From assembly GCA_963758635.1 (NCBI GenBank), contig CAVWWD010000008.1, forward strand, positions 128,001 through 192,000: a stretch of 64,000 bases of DNA. Reading direction: 5' to 3'. The notes beneath the pieces were generated by a model. That model made no database searches, was not told the DNA's origin, and saw nothing but the letters and a program-made list of their open reading frames with translations. The first letter of the stretch is position 1; the number at the start of each line of letters is the position of its first letter. Shown in pieces: positions 1-13,484 of this stretch. The position numbers and the translations under genes were made by a program. This DNA is from an uncultured Candidatus Rokubacteria bacterium. GTDB taxonomy: Bacteria > Methylomirabilota > Methylomirabilia > Rokubacteriales > CSP1-6.

Positions 1-1
1 C

Positions 2-256
2 CTGGCCGACACGCACTTCGCGTGGATGGGCGGCGTCGACGAGGACGCCGTCTTCTACTACCGGCTGCACAATCCGGTGATCCTGGTCGAGTTCGACCAC
101 CAGCGAGGGATCGCGTTCGACAACGACCTCCCGTCGCGCCACCACATCCACACCGTGGTCCGCACGCCGAACGGCGGCGACTACGGGCACGACCTGCTGC
201 GCCAGCACCACGCGCGCTTCGCTCACGGACGTCCGGCCGGCGCCGGGCGTCCCTGA
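2..256 (+). CDS. DUF3500-family protein, C-terminal part (5' truncated by window edge)
   Basis: FAWMGG...[17 protein letters not shown]...[15 protein letters not shown] matches the typical DUF3500 C-terminus. Confidence 0.75.
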   Translation: MADTHFAWMGGVDEDAVFYYRLHNPVILVEFDHQRGIAFDNDLPSRHHIHTVVRTPNGGDYGHDLLRQHHARFAHGRPAGAGRP

Positions 257-268
257 GCTCCGGTCCCC

Positions 269-3208
<2,940 letters not shown>

Positions 3209-3213
3209 GCCCG

Positions 3214-3576
3214 ATGCTGAAGTTCGATCACCTGATGATCCCCGTGAAGGACCTGGCGCGGTCGCGGGCCTGGTACGTGGAGACGCTCGGGCTCACCGTC
3301 GAGTTCGAGGTGGCCGAGCGGAGCTCGGTGGCGCTCCAGGACACCGCGGGCTTCACGATCTTCCTGCAGCAGTCGGCCGAGGGCACGCCGGCCCGCGGTG
3401 TCGCGCTTTACTTCCAGGTGGACGCGGTGGACGCGAGCTTCCAGGAGCTGTCGGGGCGCGGCGTGGCCTTCTCGCATGCGCCGACCAAGACGTTCTGGGG
3501 GTACGGGGCGGAGCTGGCCGATCCGGACGGCTACCTGATCCGGCTCTGGGACGAGCGATCCATGAAGGAGCGATAG
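3214..3576 (+). CDS. VOC/glyoxalase family protein
   Basis: FDHLMIPVKDLARSRAWY...WGYGAELADPDGY. Confidence 0.85.
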   Translation: MLKFDHLMIPVKDLARSRAWYVETLGLTVEFEVAERSSVALQDTAGFTIFLQQSAEGTPARGVALYFQVDAVDASFQELSGRGVAFSHAPTKTFWGYGAELADPDGYLIRLWDERSMKER

Positions 3577-3581
3577 CTCGG

Positions 3582-5480
3582 ATGGCCGACTTCGTCGCGT
3601 TCGAGGATGCCGCGATCGAGCAGTCCATCCCCGAGCGGTTCGCGTGGCAGGCGGCGCGGCAGCCGGACCGACCGGCCGTCGTCTCCCCCGAGACGGCGCT
3701 GACGTACGCGGAGCTTGCCCGCTCCGCGGACGCGGTCGCCCGAGCGGTGCGGGCTGTCCTCGGCGACGGAGAGGAGCCGGTGGCCCTGCTCTTGCGCCAC
3801 GGACCTGGCCTCGTCGCGGCCATCCTCGGCGTGCTCCGCGCGGGAAAGATCTACGTCGCCCTCGATCCCTCGGAGCCGGACTTGCGGCAGCAGTACGTGC
3901 TGGAGGACACGGGGGCGCGGCTCCTCCTGACCGACGGCGCGTATCGAGAGGTGGCCGCGCGGCTGGCCGGTGGGCGCGCGGTGCTGGAGTGCGACGACCT
4001 CGGCGCGGCCGGCGCGACGACCGCGGCGAGCCCGGCGGCGCTCGGCCCGTTCCCCGCGCCCGGCGCGGGCTCGCTGATCCTGTACACCTCGGGCTCCACC
4101 GGGCGCCCGAAGGGCGTGCTCCACAGCCACCGGAGCATCCTGGTCGACACGCGGAACTGCGCCAACGACATGCGCATCGCGCCGGACGACCGCCTCGCCC
4201 TGATCCACTCCTGCAGCCACGCGAACTCCGTGCGCAACGTGTACGGCGCGCTGCTGAGCGGCGCCACCCTCTGCACCTTCGATCTCGCCGCGGAGGGCGT
4301 GCGGCCCATGGCGGCGTGGCTCCGGTCGAGCGGCGTCACGATCCTCCACACGCTCGCCACGACCTATCGCCGCTTCCTCCAGGCCCTGGGGCCGGGCGAC
4401 GCGTTTCCCGATCTTCGCGTGCTGCGCCTCGGCGGCGAGCCGATCAGCCGGGATGACGTCGAGGAGTTCCAGCGACGCTTCCCGCCGCCGTGCGTGCTCA
4501 TGCACGCGATGGGCCCCACCGAGACGCTGACGGTGTGCCGTCACTTCATCGGCCACGACTGGACGAGCGCGGAGGCCAAGGTGCCGGTGGGCCATCCCAT
4601 GCGCGACAAGGACGTGCTGATCCTGGACGAGGCGCGGCAGGAGGTGGCGACGGGCGAGGTCGGCGAGATCGCGGTGCGGAGCCGTCACCTCGCGCTCGGC
4701 TACTGGCGGCGGCCCGACCTCACGGGCGCGGCGTTCCTGCCCGACCCCGCGGGGGGCGACGCGCGGATCTACCTGACGGGCGACCTGGGACTCATGCGGC
4801 CGGACGGATCGCTGGTCCACATGGGCCGCAAGGACTTCCAGGTGAAGATCCGCGGCCAGCGGGTGGAGGTGGGCGAGGTCGAGACCGCGCTCCGGAGCGT
4901 GGAGGCCGTGCGGGCCGCGGTGGTCCACGCGCGGCCCCAGGACGGCGAGCCGCGTCTGGTCGCCTACGTGGTGCCGGCGGCGGGCGCCGCGCCCACCGTG
5001 AGCGAGCTGCGTCGCGCGCTGGCCGGAGCCCTGCCCGAGTACATGGTGCCGACGGCCTTCGTGTTCCTCGACGACCTGCCGCAGCTCCCCAACGGGAAGG
5101 TGGACCGGCGAAGGCTGCCCGCGCCGGGGCGGGATCGTCCGGCCCTGGACGAGCCCTACGTGGCGCCGGGGACCCCGTTCGAGCGGGAGGTGGCGCGCAT
5201 CTGGTCGGAGACGCTCGACGTGGAGCCGGTCGGCATCCACGACCACTTCCTCGACCTGGGCGGCCACTCGCTGCTGGCCGGCCAGGTGCTGACGCGCATC
5301 GTGGAGGCGTTCCGCATCGAGCTCACGATGCCGGCGCTGGCGACGTCGCCCACGGTGGCGGAGCTCGCCGCGCTGATCGTGGAACGGTGCGCGGCCGGCG
5401 CGGATCCGTCGCGGCTGGAGGGGTTCCTGGCCCGTGACGACGCGCCGTCGCGCGCGGCGAGGCCGGACAGCCCGCGGTGA
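3582..5480 (+). CDS. Stand-alone NRPS-like adenylation-thiolation (A-T) protein
   Basis: YTSGSTGRPKG (A3), TGDLG (A7), GRKDFQVKIRGQRVE (A8), NGKVDR (A10), GGHSLL phosphopantetheine site. Confidence 0.9.
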   Translation: MADFVAFEDAAIEQSIPERFAWQAARQPDRPAVVSPETALTYAELARSADAVARAVRAVLGDGEEPVALLLRHGPGLVAAILGVLRAGKIYVALDPSEPDLRQQYVLEDTGARLLLTDGAYREVAARLAGGRAVLECDDLGAAGATTAASPAALGPFPAPGAGSLILYTSGSTGRPKGVLHSHRSILVDTRNCANDMRIAPDDRLALIHSCSHANSVRNVYGALLSGATLCTFDLAAEGVRPMAAWLRSSGVTILHTLATTYRRFLQALGPGDAFPDLRVLRLGGEPISRDDVEEFQRRFPPPCVLMHAMGPTETLTVCRHFIGHDWTSAEAKVPVGHPMRDKDVLILDEARQEVATGEVGEIAVRSRHLALGYWRRPDLTGAAFLPDPAGGDARIYLTGDLGLMRPDGSLVHMGRKDFQVKIRGQRVEVGEVETALRSVEAVRAAVVHARPQDGEPRLVAYVVPAAGAAPTVSELRRALAGALPEYMVPTAFVFLDDLPQLPNGKVDRRRLPAPGRDRPALDEPYVAPGTPFEREVARIWSETLDVEPVGIHDHFLDLGGHSLLAGQVLTRIVEAFRIELTMPALATSPTVAELAALIVERCAAGADPSRLEGFLARDDAPSRAARPDSPR

Positions 5481-5481
5481 T

Positions 5482-6306
5482 CTACGTCCCGCCGTTGACG
5501 ACCAGCGTCTGCCCGCTCACGTAGTCGCTGTCGGGGCTGCAGAAGAGGTAGATCGCGCCCGCCGCCTCCGCCGGCGTGCCGCCCCGGCCGAGCGGGATGA
5601 TCTGGTTCATGGCGGCGATCCGGGCGGGCTGCACGCCCACCTTCACCTGGCGGCCCTGCACCTCGATGGTGCCGGACGTGCCCTCGGTGAGCGGCACGGT
5701 GAGACGGGTCTGGATGTAGCCGAACGCCACGCAGTTCACCGTGACCGCGTAGCGCCCCCACTCCTTGGCGAGCGTCCGCGTCATGCCGGTGACCGCGGCC
5801 TTGCCCGCCGAGTAGTTGATCTGCCCGGCGTTCCCGTTCGTGCCCGAGGTGGAGGAGACGAACACCACCTTGCGGATCACGCGCGCGCCCGCCGCCGCCT
5901 CCGCCTCGTGGAACTGCTTGATGTACGGCTGGGCGGCGCGGAGGATGCGGAACGGCGCCGTCATGTGCACGTCGACGATGGCGTACCACTGCTCGTCGGA
6001 CATCTTCTGGATGACGTTGTCCCAGGTGTAGCCGGCGTTGTTGACGACGATGTGGAGCCCGCCGAGCTCCTTCACCGCCGTCTCGACGATCCGCTCGCCG
6101 AAGTCCTTGGCGGTGACGTCGCCGGTGCAGGCGGCGGCGCGGGCGCCGAGCGCCTTGATCATGGAAACGGTCTCGGCGGCGGGCGCGTCGTCCAGGTCGT
6201 TGACGACCACCCTGGCTCCGTCGCGCGCCAGCCTCAGCGCGACCTCGCGGCCGATGCCCCGGCCCGATCCGGTGACGATGGCGACCTTGCCGTCGAGCTG
6301 ACCCAT
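5482..6306 (-). CDS. SDR / 3-oxoacyl-ACP reductase-like
   Basis: TGSGRGIG, NNAGYTWD, YSAGK, SGQTLVVNGG. Confidence 0.9.
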   Translation of the reverse strand: MGQLDGKVAIVTGSGRGIGREVALRLARDGARVVVNDLDDAPAAETVSMIKALGARAAACTGDVTAKDFGERIVETAVKELGGLHIVVNNAGYTWDNVIQKMSDEQWYAIVDVHMTAPFRILRAAQPYIKQFHEAEAAAGARVIRKVVFVSSTSGTNGNAGQINYSAGKAAVTGMTRTLAKEWGRYAVTVNCVAFGYIQTRLTVPLTEGTSGTIEVQGRQVKVGVQPARIAAMNQIIPLGRGGTPAEAAGAIYLFCSPDSDYVSGQTLVVNGGT

Positions 6307-6418
6307 GGGAGACCTCCGGGGACATTTGTGAAGGAACGCGGATTTCGGTTTCAGCGTGCGGGCCAACACCGCGATTCTGCGGGCGCGCGGCGGCCGTGTC
6401 GCCGTTCATTCCCGATCC

Positions 6419-7276
6419 TCAGATGAGGGAGTAGCCGCTGCCCTTGCGGCCGCCCGGCATGCCCGTGCCCTTGGCCTCGGCGATCCAGCCGAACTCCTTC
6501 AGGATGAGCTGGCTGTACGTGACGCGCCCGCTGACCTTCTCGACGGGCTCGGTGGCCAAGAGGAGGGCGGCCCGCGCCATCAGGATCGGGTGCTCCCCGC
6601 GCGGATCGTCCATGCTGCTCACGAGCCGGTGATACACGGTGCCGGGCGTGGGCACCACCTGGGACGGCGACAGCGCGGTCACCGAGATCCCGTGGCGATA
6701 CACCTCGCCGGCCAGCCCCTGCGTCATGCGCTCGAGCGCCGCCTTCTCCGCTCCGTAGCACGTGCCGCCGCGGTTGAGCGCGGGGTCCTCCGCGTACGGC
6801 CCGCGCCCGGGGCCGATGGCCGCGCCGGAGGAGATGTTGACGATGCTTCCGCTCCGCCGCGGGATCATGTCTTCCAGGACGAGCCGCGAGAGGATGAACG
6901 GCGCGTGGAGGTTCACCGCCCACGAGCGCAGCCACTTGTTGGTGGGGAACTCCGCGATCGGGATGTAGTAGGTGAGGGCGGCGTTGTTGACGAGCACGTC
7001 CACCGACCCGTAGGCGTCCCGGACCGCCTTGACCAGCCGCTCGCACTCCGCGGGCTCGGCGATGTTGGAGGCGAATGCGGTGGCCTCGCCGCCCTTGGCG
7101 TGGATGTCGGCCACCGTCCGCTCGAGCGAGCCCTCGAGCGGGTGGTCGCCCTCGCGGACGGTGCGGGCGGCGCAGGCCACGCGGCCGCCTTCCTCCGCGA
7201 AGAGCCGCGCGATCTCCGCGCCGATGCCGCGGCTGGCCCCGGTGACGAGGACGACCTTCCCGTCGAGCTTGCCCAC
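6419..7276 (-). CDS. SDR family oxidoreductase
   Basis: TGASRGIG, NNAA, YGAEKAAL; GTG start at 7276. Confidence 0.85.
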   Translation of the reverse strand: MGKLDGKVVLVTGASRGIGAEIARLFAEEGGRVACAARTVREGDHPLEGSLERTVADIHAKGGEATAFASNIAEPAECERLVKAVRDAYGSVDVLVNNAALTYYIPIAEFPTNKWLRSWAVNLHAPFILSRLVLEDMIPRRSGSIVNISSGAAIGPGRGPYAEDPALNRGGTCYGAEKAALERMTQGLAGEVYRHGISVTALSPSQVVPTPGTVYHRLVSSMDDPRGEHPILMARAALLLATEPVEKVSGRVTYSQLILKEFGWIAEAKGTGMPGGRKGSGYSLI

Positions 7277-7284
7277 CGCGACGA

Positions 7285-8758
7285 TCAGCCTTTCGCCACG
7301 AGCTTCGCCACCGCGTCCTCGACCACCGTGCCCTTGAAGAAGTCCGGGTTCAGCGCGGTGTGCAGGCGCGCGGGGTTCGAGAAGAGGAACTCGCGGAGGT
7401 CGTCCTCCGTGATCATGCCGTGCTCGACGAGCTCGTACGCCTCCTCCAGCACCTCGGTCATGTCCACCACGTCGAAGTGCCCGACGTCGGAGCTGAAGAT
7501 GGGGCGGAGACGGTGCTGGCCGTGGCGGTCGAACGCCCACGCCGTGATCGGATCGTCGGCCTCGCAGCCGAAGTAGAAGCGCTCGGAGAAGTGCTGGCGG
7601 AGCGCCTCCGCGGACTCCACGGGCACCGCGCCGAAGTCGTCGAACCGTTCCTTCTCCTTGTAGGCGCGATCCGTGAGCTCCTCGGCGGTCCGGAAGGGCT
7701 CGGCGAGCGCGATGCAGTTCACGATCTCGTCCCACTTGTCCTCGTACACGCGGCCGCCGTACTGCACGAACAGGTCCTTCAGCATCTGGAGGTCGATGTT
7801 CGTGGGCCGCGTCTGGCTCTCCATGGCGCCGCGGCGCCGCTTCTCCCAGTGGCCGACGAGGTCGGTGAGGAGGTTGCACGCCCAGCCCACGCCGCCCTCC
7901 AGGAAGCCGAAGCGGAGCTCGGGGAAGCGGTGGGTGACGCCGCCGAGGATCAGGGCCTTGGCGAAGGCGTGGCTCGCGTTGGCGAAGTGGCCGATGTGGT
8001 TGTAGGTGAAGCTGTTGACCGACTCGCGCCCGTTCCAGCCCATGCTGCCCGAGTGCCCGGTGATGGCCACCTTGAGCTCCGCGCAGCGCCGCCAGAACGG
8101 ATCGTAGTCGTACGGGCTGTCCAGGCCGAGCGAGTCGACGTACATCCGCGCGTGCGCGTTCGCGTCGGCGACCTGGCGGGCGGCCGCGGGCACGGGCCGG
8201 CGCACGTGGTTGGCGATCATCAGCACCTTGAGGCCCAGCTCGCGCACCGCGTAGGTGGCCTCCTCGATGGCCTCCTCCGGCGTGTGGACGGGCACCACCG
8301 CGGCCGGCGTCATCCGGTGCTTGAACGGGGCGAACATGTCCGCGTTCATCCGGTTCACCGCGCGCGACACCGCGCGGCGCAGCTCGTCGTCCGGGTTGGA
8401 GACGTAGAAGAGGCCGAGCGAGGTGTAGACCACGGCGAAGTCGATGCCGAAGTCGTCGAGGCGCTCGTAGAAGAGGCGGGGCACCATCGCGGTGGCGCGG
8501 TCGACGGTGCGGGCCGGCTCTCCCCACCACGTGGGCCGCTGGACGCGGCGTTCCAGGCGCTCGTCGGCAGCTCCACCCGTACCACGGCACGTCCGAGGCC
8601 TTCTTCCGGAACCGATCCACCATGGACGGCCCCGCCACGTCGCGGAGGTAGTCGAGGAAGATCGGGATGGGCTCGAGCCAGTGGCCGTCCCCGTCGATCA
8701 CGGGATGGTCGAGGCGAGCGCGCACTGCGGCCGACTTGGAATCGCGGGAATAGGCCAT
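7285..8758 (-). CDS. Amidohydrolase_2 family protein (frameshift ~8560-8580)
   Basis: IDGDGHWLE metal-binding N-terminus; FGFLEGGVGW, FYFGCEADD, FSSDVGHFD. Confidence 0.85.
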
Positions 8759-8926
8759 GTGTGCCCTCCTGTGGGACGGACGACGAGCGTCTGAGCCCTT
8801 TTTGTAGGCGATTCGGCCGGGTCAGTCAAGGCGGAAGGGCCCGCTCGTCCGTTGACAGGACGGCCGGCGCTGGTGTGTCATGATGCGCGCGACGCGACAT
8901 ACCCGCGAGTCCACGAGGAGCCCCCG

Positions 8927-10564
8927 ATGATCCGATGGCCCGGCGGCGTGACGATGGCGACGGCGCTCGTTCTGCTCCTGACCCCTGGGGCGTGGGCGCA
9001 GCCACGCGTCGATGGAGCGCCCATCGACCCCGACGGCGAGCTGGTGGTCGCCCTCGCCGACGACACCAACAACATGGACCCGCGGATCGGCATGGGCTCG
9101 ATCCGCTCGAACTACATCCGCCAGGTCTTCGAGAGCCTGGTCGACGTGGACGCGCAGGGCAAGCCCGCGCCCGGCCTGGCGCTCAGCTGGAAGCCGGTGA
9201 GCGACCTCGTGTGGGAGTTCGCGCTGCGCAAGAATGTGCGCTTCCACGACGGCGAGCCGTTCAACGCGGACACCGTGCTGTTCAACCTGGACCGCTTCTT
9301 CCGGAAGAACCTCGACAAGTGGGGCATCCAGGACGTGGCCGCGGGCACGTCGTTCGAGAAGGTCTACCCGTGGGTGACGCGCTGGGAGAAGGTGGACGAC
9401 CACACCGTGCGCGTTCACACGAGCGAGCCGTCGCCGAACCTGTGGGACTACATCGGGCGCGAACCGCTGGTGCCGAAGGCCTACACGATCAAGAACGGCG
9501 TGGCCGGCTTGAACGAGCGGCCCGTGGGCACGGGCCCGTGGCGCATGGTCGAGTGGAAGCGGAAGGACTCGATGCGCTTCGAGCGCTTCGACGGCTACTG
9601 GGGCGCCGCGCCGCAGTTCAAGCGCCTGCGCTTCCAGGCCGTGCCCGAGGGCGCGGCGCGCATCGCCGCGCTGCGCGCCGGGCAGGTGAGCCTGATCGAG
9701 GCGGTGCCCCCGCTCGACGCCGGCGTCCTCGCGCGCGACCCCGCGGTGACCGTGGTCTCGAGCCCACAGAAGCTCCTGTGCCGCCTCTACGTCAACGGCC
9801 GGCCCAAGGACAAGTACGACGGCGGCGGCAAGGACGGCCTCTGGGGCGACGCGAAGCTCCGCATGGCGCTGAACCTGGCGGTGAACCGCGACGGCGTCAT
9901 CAAGAAGATCTTCCACGGGTACGCGCTGGCCAACGCGTCGCCGGTGTCCACCGTGTCCTCCGGCTACGCCGCCCAGGAGGGCTACGCCTACGATCCCGCG
10001 CGCGCGAAGGCCCTCCTGGCCGAGGCGGGCTGGAAGGACAGGAACGGCGACGGCTTCGCCGACAAGGGCGGCGAGACCCTGGCGATCCAGATCCACTTCC
10101 CGACCAAGCACTACGGGCAGGCCTTCGACGAGATGACGCCGGCGGTGGTCGAGATGCTGAAGGACATCGGCGTCCAGGCCACGCTCAAGCCGATGGACTT
10201 CGGCTCGCTCCTCCAGGTGGTCCAGAAGGGCACGCTGCCCCCGAACGGGGGCTTCACGGCGTGCCGGACCAGCAACAACCTGGACGCCGACGACTACGTG
10301 CGTGACTGGGCGTCGATCACGCTGATCAACTGGGCCCCGTACCCGCCCGAGCTGGCTGCGCTCTACACGCAGACCCGCCGCGAGGTGGACCCGGCCAAGC
10401 GCCTGCGCCTCCTCGCCGACCTCCAGCGCCAGATCCGCGACTGGGCCCCCGTCGTCCCGCTGTACCAGGAAGTGAAGGTCTACGCCCACGCCAAGCGCGT
10501 CCTCAAGTTCACCCCCACGCCCGAGCTGAACATGGACTTCCGCGGCGTCGCGCTCCGGAAGTGA
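8927..10564 (+). CDS. Opp/Dpp family-5 ABC transporter substrate-binding protein
   Basis: Signal peptide; VRFHDGEPFNADTV, PVGTGPW. Confidence 0.9.
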   Translation: MIRWPGGVTMATALVLLLTPGAWAQPRVDGAPIDPDGELVVALADDTNNMDPRIGMGSIRSNYIRQVFESLVDVDAQGKPAPGLALSWKPVSDLVWEFALRKNVRFHDGEPFNADTVLFNLDRFFRKNLDKWGIQDVAAGTSFEKVYPWVTRWEKVDDHTVRVHTSEPSPNLWDYIGREPLVPKAYTIKNGVAGLNERPVGTGPWRMVEWKRKDSMRFERFDGYWGAAPQFKRLRFQAVPEGAARIAALRAGQVSLIEAVPPLDAGVLARDPAVTVVSSPQKLLCRLYVNGRPKDKYDGGGKDGLWGDAKLRMALNLAVNRDGVIKKIFHGYALANASPVSTVSSGYAAQEGYAYDPARAKALLAEAGWKDRNGDGFADKGGETLAIQIHFPTKHYGQAFDEMTPAVVEMLKDIGVQATLKPMDFGSLLQVVQKGTLPPNGGFTACRTSNNLDADDYVRDWASITLINWAPYPPELAALYTQTRREVDPAKRLRLLADLQRQIRDWAPVVPLYQEVKVYAHAKRVLKFTPTPELNMDFRGVALRK

Positions 10565-10607
10565 CGCGCGCGCACCACAACAACGGCTCGCGTTCTTGCC
10601 GCGGGGA

Positions 10608-10815
10608 CGCCGGGGCGCGGGGGCCGGGGTCCCCGTGCGCACCCGGTGGCGCCGCGAGGGCCGACAAAAGGCGGGCGGGGCGAGCGCGCCCCCCCAACCC
10701 CCAGAGGGGGCCGCGCGTGGGCTGCCGACCCGTTGCGGTGCGCTCGCCCCGCCCGCTGCGCGAGGCGCTTCGCCACAAGGGTGCTTACGGGGACCCCGGC
10801 CCCCACGCCCCGGCG
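10608..10815. repeat. Long nested inverted repeat (REP/MITE-like) between SBP and permease genes
   Basis: 37-bp arms 10608-10644 and 10779-10815 (3 mismatches); inner 17-bp perfect arms 10671-10687 and 10740-10756. Confidence 0.8.
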
Positions 10816-10872
10816 CCGCGTGGCCATCATCTGACGCCTACTTCAGCTGGCGTGTGAGACGACGAACGCGAG

Positions 10873-11796
10873 ATGCGCGCGTTCCTTGTGCGTCGTCTGC
10901 TGCATGCGCTCTTCGTGGTCTGGGGCGTCGTCACGGTCGTCTTCTTTCTCGTCCGCCTGACTGGCGACCCCGCCGTGTTCCTGGTGGACCAGAGCGCGAC
11001 GCAGGCGGAGATCGCGCATGCCCGCCGCCTGCTCGGGCTGGACCGGCCCGTGCTCGTCCAGTACGCGGACTTCCTCGCCGCCATACCGCGCGGCGACTTC
11101 GGCCTGTCGATCCGCGAGAAGCGCCCGGCGATGCGCATGGTGCTGGAGCATCTCTGGCCCGCCACGGTGCAGCTGTCGCTCGCCGCGCTGCTCCTCTCCA
11201 CGCTGCCGGCCATTCCGCTCGGCGTCGTATCGGCCACGCGGCGCGGCGGGCTGCCCGATCACCTGAGCCGCATCGGCTCGCTGCTGCTCCAGTCCATGCC
11301 GAGCTTCTGGCTGGGCATCGTGCTCATCCTGATCTTCGCGGTCGGTTTCGGCGGGCTCCTGCCCGCCTATGGCTCCGGCTCCCTGCGCCACCTGATCCTC
11401 CCCGCGATCACGCTCGCCGCCGCGCCGCTGGCCCAGAACGTGCGGCTGGTCCGCGCCGGCATGCTCGAGGTGCTCGGGCAGGACTACGTCCGCACGGCGC
11501 GCGCGAAGGGCCTGGCCGAGCGCCTCGTGATCTACCGGCACGGCCTCTGGAACGCCGCCATCCCCGTGCTCACCGTGACCGGGCTGTCGCTCGGCTTCAT
11601 GCTGTCGGGCGCCATCATCATCGAGACCGTGTTCTCGTGGCCCGGTCTCGGACGGCTCATCGTGCAGGCGGTGCCCGGGCGCGACTTCCCGGTCATCCAG
11701 GCCGGCGTGTTCGTGTTCGCGGTGATCTTCGTGGCGCTGAACCTGGCGGTCGACGCGCTCTACGCGGTGGTCGACCCGCGCATCCGGGTGGCGTGA
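10873..11796 (+). CDS. ABC transporter permease (DppB/OppB-like)
   Basis: DYVRTARAKGL EAA-type motif, IETVFSWPGLG. Confidence 0.92.
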   Translation: MRAFLVRRLLHALFVVWGVVTVVFFLVRLTGDPAVFLVDQSATQAEIAHARRLLGLDRPVLVQYADFLAAIPRGDFGLSIREKRPAMRMVLEHLWPATVQLSLAALLLSTLPAIPLGVVSATRRGGLPDHLSRIGSLLLQSMPSFWLGIVLILIFAVGFGGLLPAYGSGSLRHLILPAITLAAAPLAQNVRLVRAGMLEVLGQDYVRTARAKGLAERLVIYRHGLWNAAIPVLTVTGLSLGFMLSGAIIIETVFSWPGLGRLIVQAVPGRDFPVIQAGVFVFAVIFVALNLAVDALYAVVDPRIRVA

Positions 11797-12666
11797 ATGT
11801 CGAGCGCACGCTGGCGCCGGGCGTGGGCGCGGCTCCTCCGTGACTGGCCGGCAGCGGCGGGGCTCGTCGTCATCGTCGCCACCTGCGGCCTCGCGGTCGG
11901 CGCGCCGGCCCTCGCCCCCGCGGATCCGGTGCGCAACAGCCTGCTCGATCGCCTCACGCCGCCGATGTGGCTCGCCGGCGGGAGCGCGCGCCACCCTCTG
12001 GGTACCGACACCCTCGGCCGTGACGTCGCGAGCCGGCTCCTGCACGGGGCGCGCATCTCGCTCGTGGTGGGACTCGCCGCCGTCGCGGTGGCCGGCACTC
12101 TCGGCGTGGCGCTCGGCCTTCTGTCCGGCTACTACCGCGGCTGGATCGACAACGTCCTGATGCGCGTGGGCGACGTGCAGCTCGCGTTCCCCGTCCTGCT
12201 CCTCGGCGTGGCACTCCTCGCCGTGCTGGGGCCCGGCGAGCTCAACCTGATCCTCGTCCTCGGGGTGAGCGGGTGGATCACCTACGCGCGCATCGTCCGC
12301 GGCGAGACGCTCTCGCTCAAGGAGCGGGAATTCGTCGAGGCGGCCCGTGCCCTCGGCGCCCGCGACCGCTACCTCCTCGCCCGGCACATCCTGCCCAACG
12401 TGCTGCCGCCGATCACGGTGGTGGCGACCTTCTCGGTGGCGCGGGTCATCATCGCGGAGGCGTCGCTGTCGTTCCTGGGCCTCGGCATGCCTCCGCCCGC
12501 GCCGAGCTGGGGGGCGATGCTGGACGAGGGGCGCAACTACATCACGACCGGCTGGTGGCTGGCGCTCTTCCCGGGCCTCGCCATCCTGCTGCTCGTGCTC
12601 GGCATCAACCTGGTCGGCGACTGGCTCCGGGACCTGCTCGACCCGCGCATGGAGCGCGGGCTGTAG
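11797..12666 (+). CDS. ABC transporter permease (DppC/OppC-like)
   Basis: HPLGTDTLGRD, EFVEAARALGA, EASLSFLGLG. Confidence 0.92.
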   Translation: MSSARWRRAWARLLRDWPAAAGLVVIVATCGLAVGAPALAPADPVRNSLLDRLTPPMWLAGGSARHPLGTDTLGRDVASRLLHGARISLVVGLAAVAVAGTLGVALGLLSGYYRGWIDNVLMRVGDVQLAFPVLLLGVALLAVLGPGELNLILVLGVSGWITYARIVRGETLSLKEREFVEAARALGARDRYLLARHILPNVLPPITVVATFSVARVIIAEASLSFLGLGMPPPAPSWGAMLDEGRNYITTGWWLALFPGLAILLLVLGINLVGDWLRDLLDPRMERGL

Positions 12667-12705
12667 AAGGTTGCTGAAAGAGGCTGCCGCCTCGGGGGCG
12701 CGCAG

Positions 12706-13128
12706 TCAGGCGGGGAGCGCGAACCCCTCGCGCTGAGCGGCGTCGGCCAGTCTGGCGTCGAGCGTGACGAACCCCCGACCCTCCGGGCGCCCCTCGGCCC
12801 AGTGAAGGGCCGCGGCCAGCTGGAGAGCGTCGAAGGCGCGCAGTGGGTGCAGGCGGAGCACGCGGAGGGCGATCGCCTTGACGGCCTCGATGTCCAGGAC
12901 GACGTGGCCGCCTCGCGCCAGCTCGACCATCCTCGCCTCGGCCTGGCGCGACACGGTTTCGGACAGCGCGCCCTCACGCACCAGACGGCGGAGGGCCGAG
13001 ACCACCTCGACCGGCGTCAGCGTCCAGAGCACGAGGACGCCGTCCTCGGTCGCCCAGCGCACGGCCCGCCGCGAGGACTCCTGGTCGATCAGGAGGGGCA
13101 CCACGGCCGAGCTGTCCCAGAACCTCAT
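12706..13128 (-). CDS. vapC: Type II TA PIN-domain toxin (VapC)
   Basis: MRFWDSSAVVPL...LRAFDALQLAAA...FVTLDARL. Confidence 0.88.
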   Translation of the reverse strand: MRFWDSSAVVPLLIDQESSRRAVRWATEDGVLVLWTLTPVEVVSALRRLVREGALSETVSRQAEARMVELARGGHVVLDIEAVKAIALRVLRLHPLRAFDALQLAAALHWAEGRPEGRGFVTLDARLADAAQREGFALPA

Positions 13129-13424
13129 CGGCCCTCGTCCCGCTCGCGTACGAGAGTGGCCACGACGTCGGCGCCGGCCGCCGGCCGGCGGGCCAGCCAC
13201 TCCGCGCTCGGCCCTCCGGCGCCGCGACGGACGATCCCGCGCCGCTCGAGGCGGTCGAGCCACTCCTGGTCCGGGCCGGACGCAGGGTCCGATCCCGCGC
13301 GCTCGATCCGGGCGATCACCCGGTCCCGGTCGCACACGAGGATCGACTCGCCGCGCTGGACCCGGCGGAGGTAGTAGCTCAACCGATTCTTCAGCTCGGC
13401 GATCTTGACCGCGCGCGGGGGCAT
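13125..13424 (-). CDS. Phd/YefM-family antitoxin
   Basis: VKIAELKNRLSYYLRRVQRGESILVCDRDRVIARI; overlaps the vapC start. Confidence 0.88.
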   Translation of the reverse strand: MPPRAVKIAELKNRLSYYLRRVQRGESILVCDRDRVIARIERAGSDPASGPDQEWLDRLERRGIVRRGAGGPSAEWLARRPAAGADVVATLVRERDEGR

Positions 13425-13429
13425 GACTC

Positions 13430-13453
13430 ATGATAGCCATGTGATAGCTATGA
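13430..13453. promoter_or_regulatory. Probable TA autorepression operator
   Basis: Tandem TGATAGC(C/T)ATG repeats immediately upstream of the antitoxin start. Confidence 0.45.
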
Positions 13454-13484
13454 TTCAAGGCCATCTCGCGCCATCTTTCCGCCA

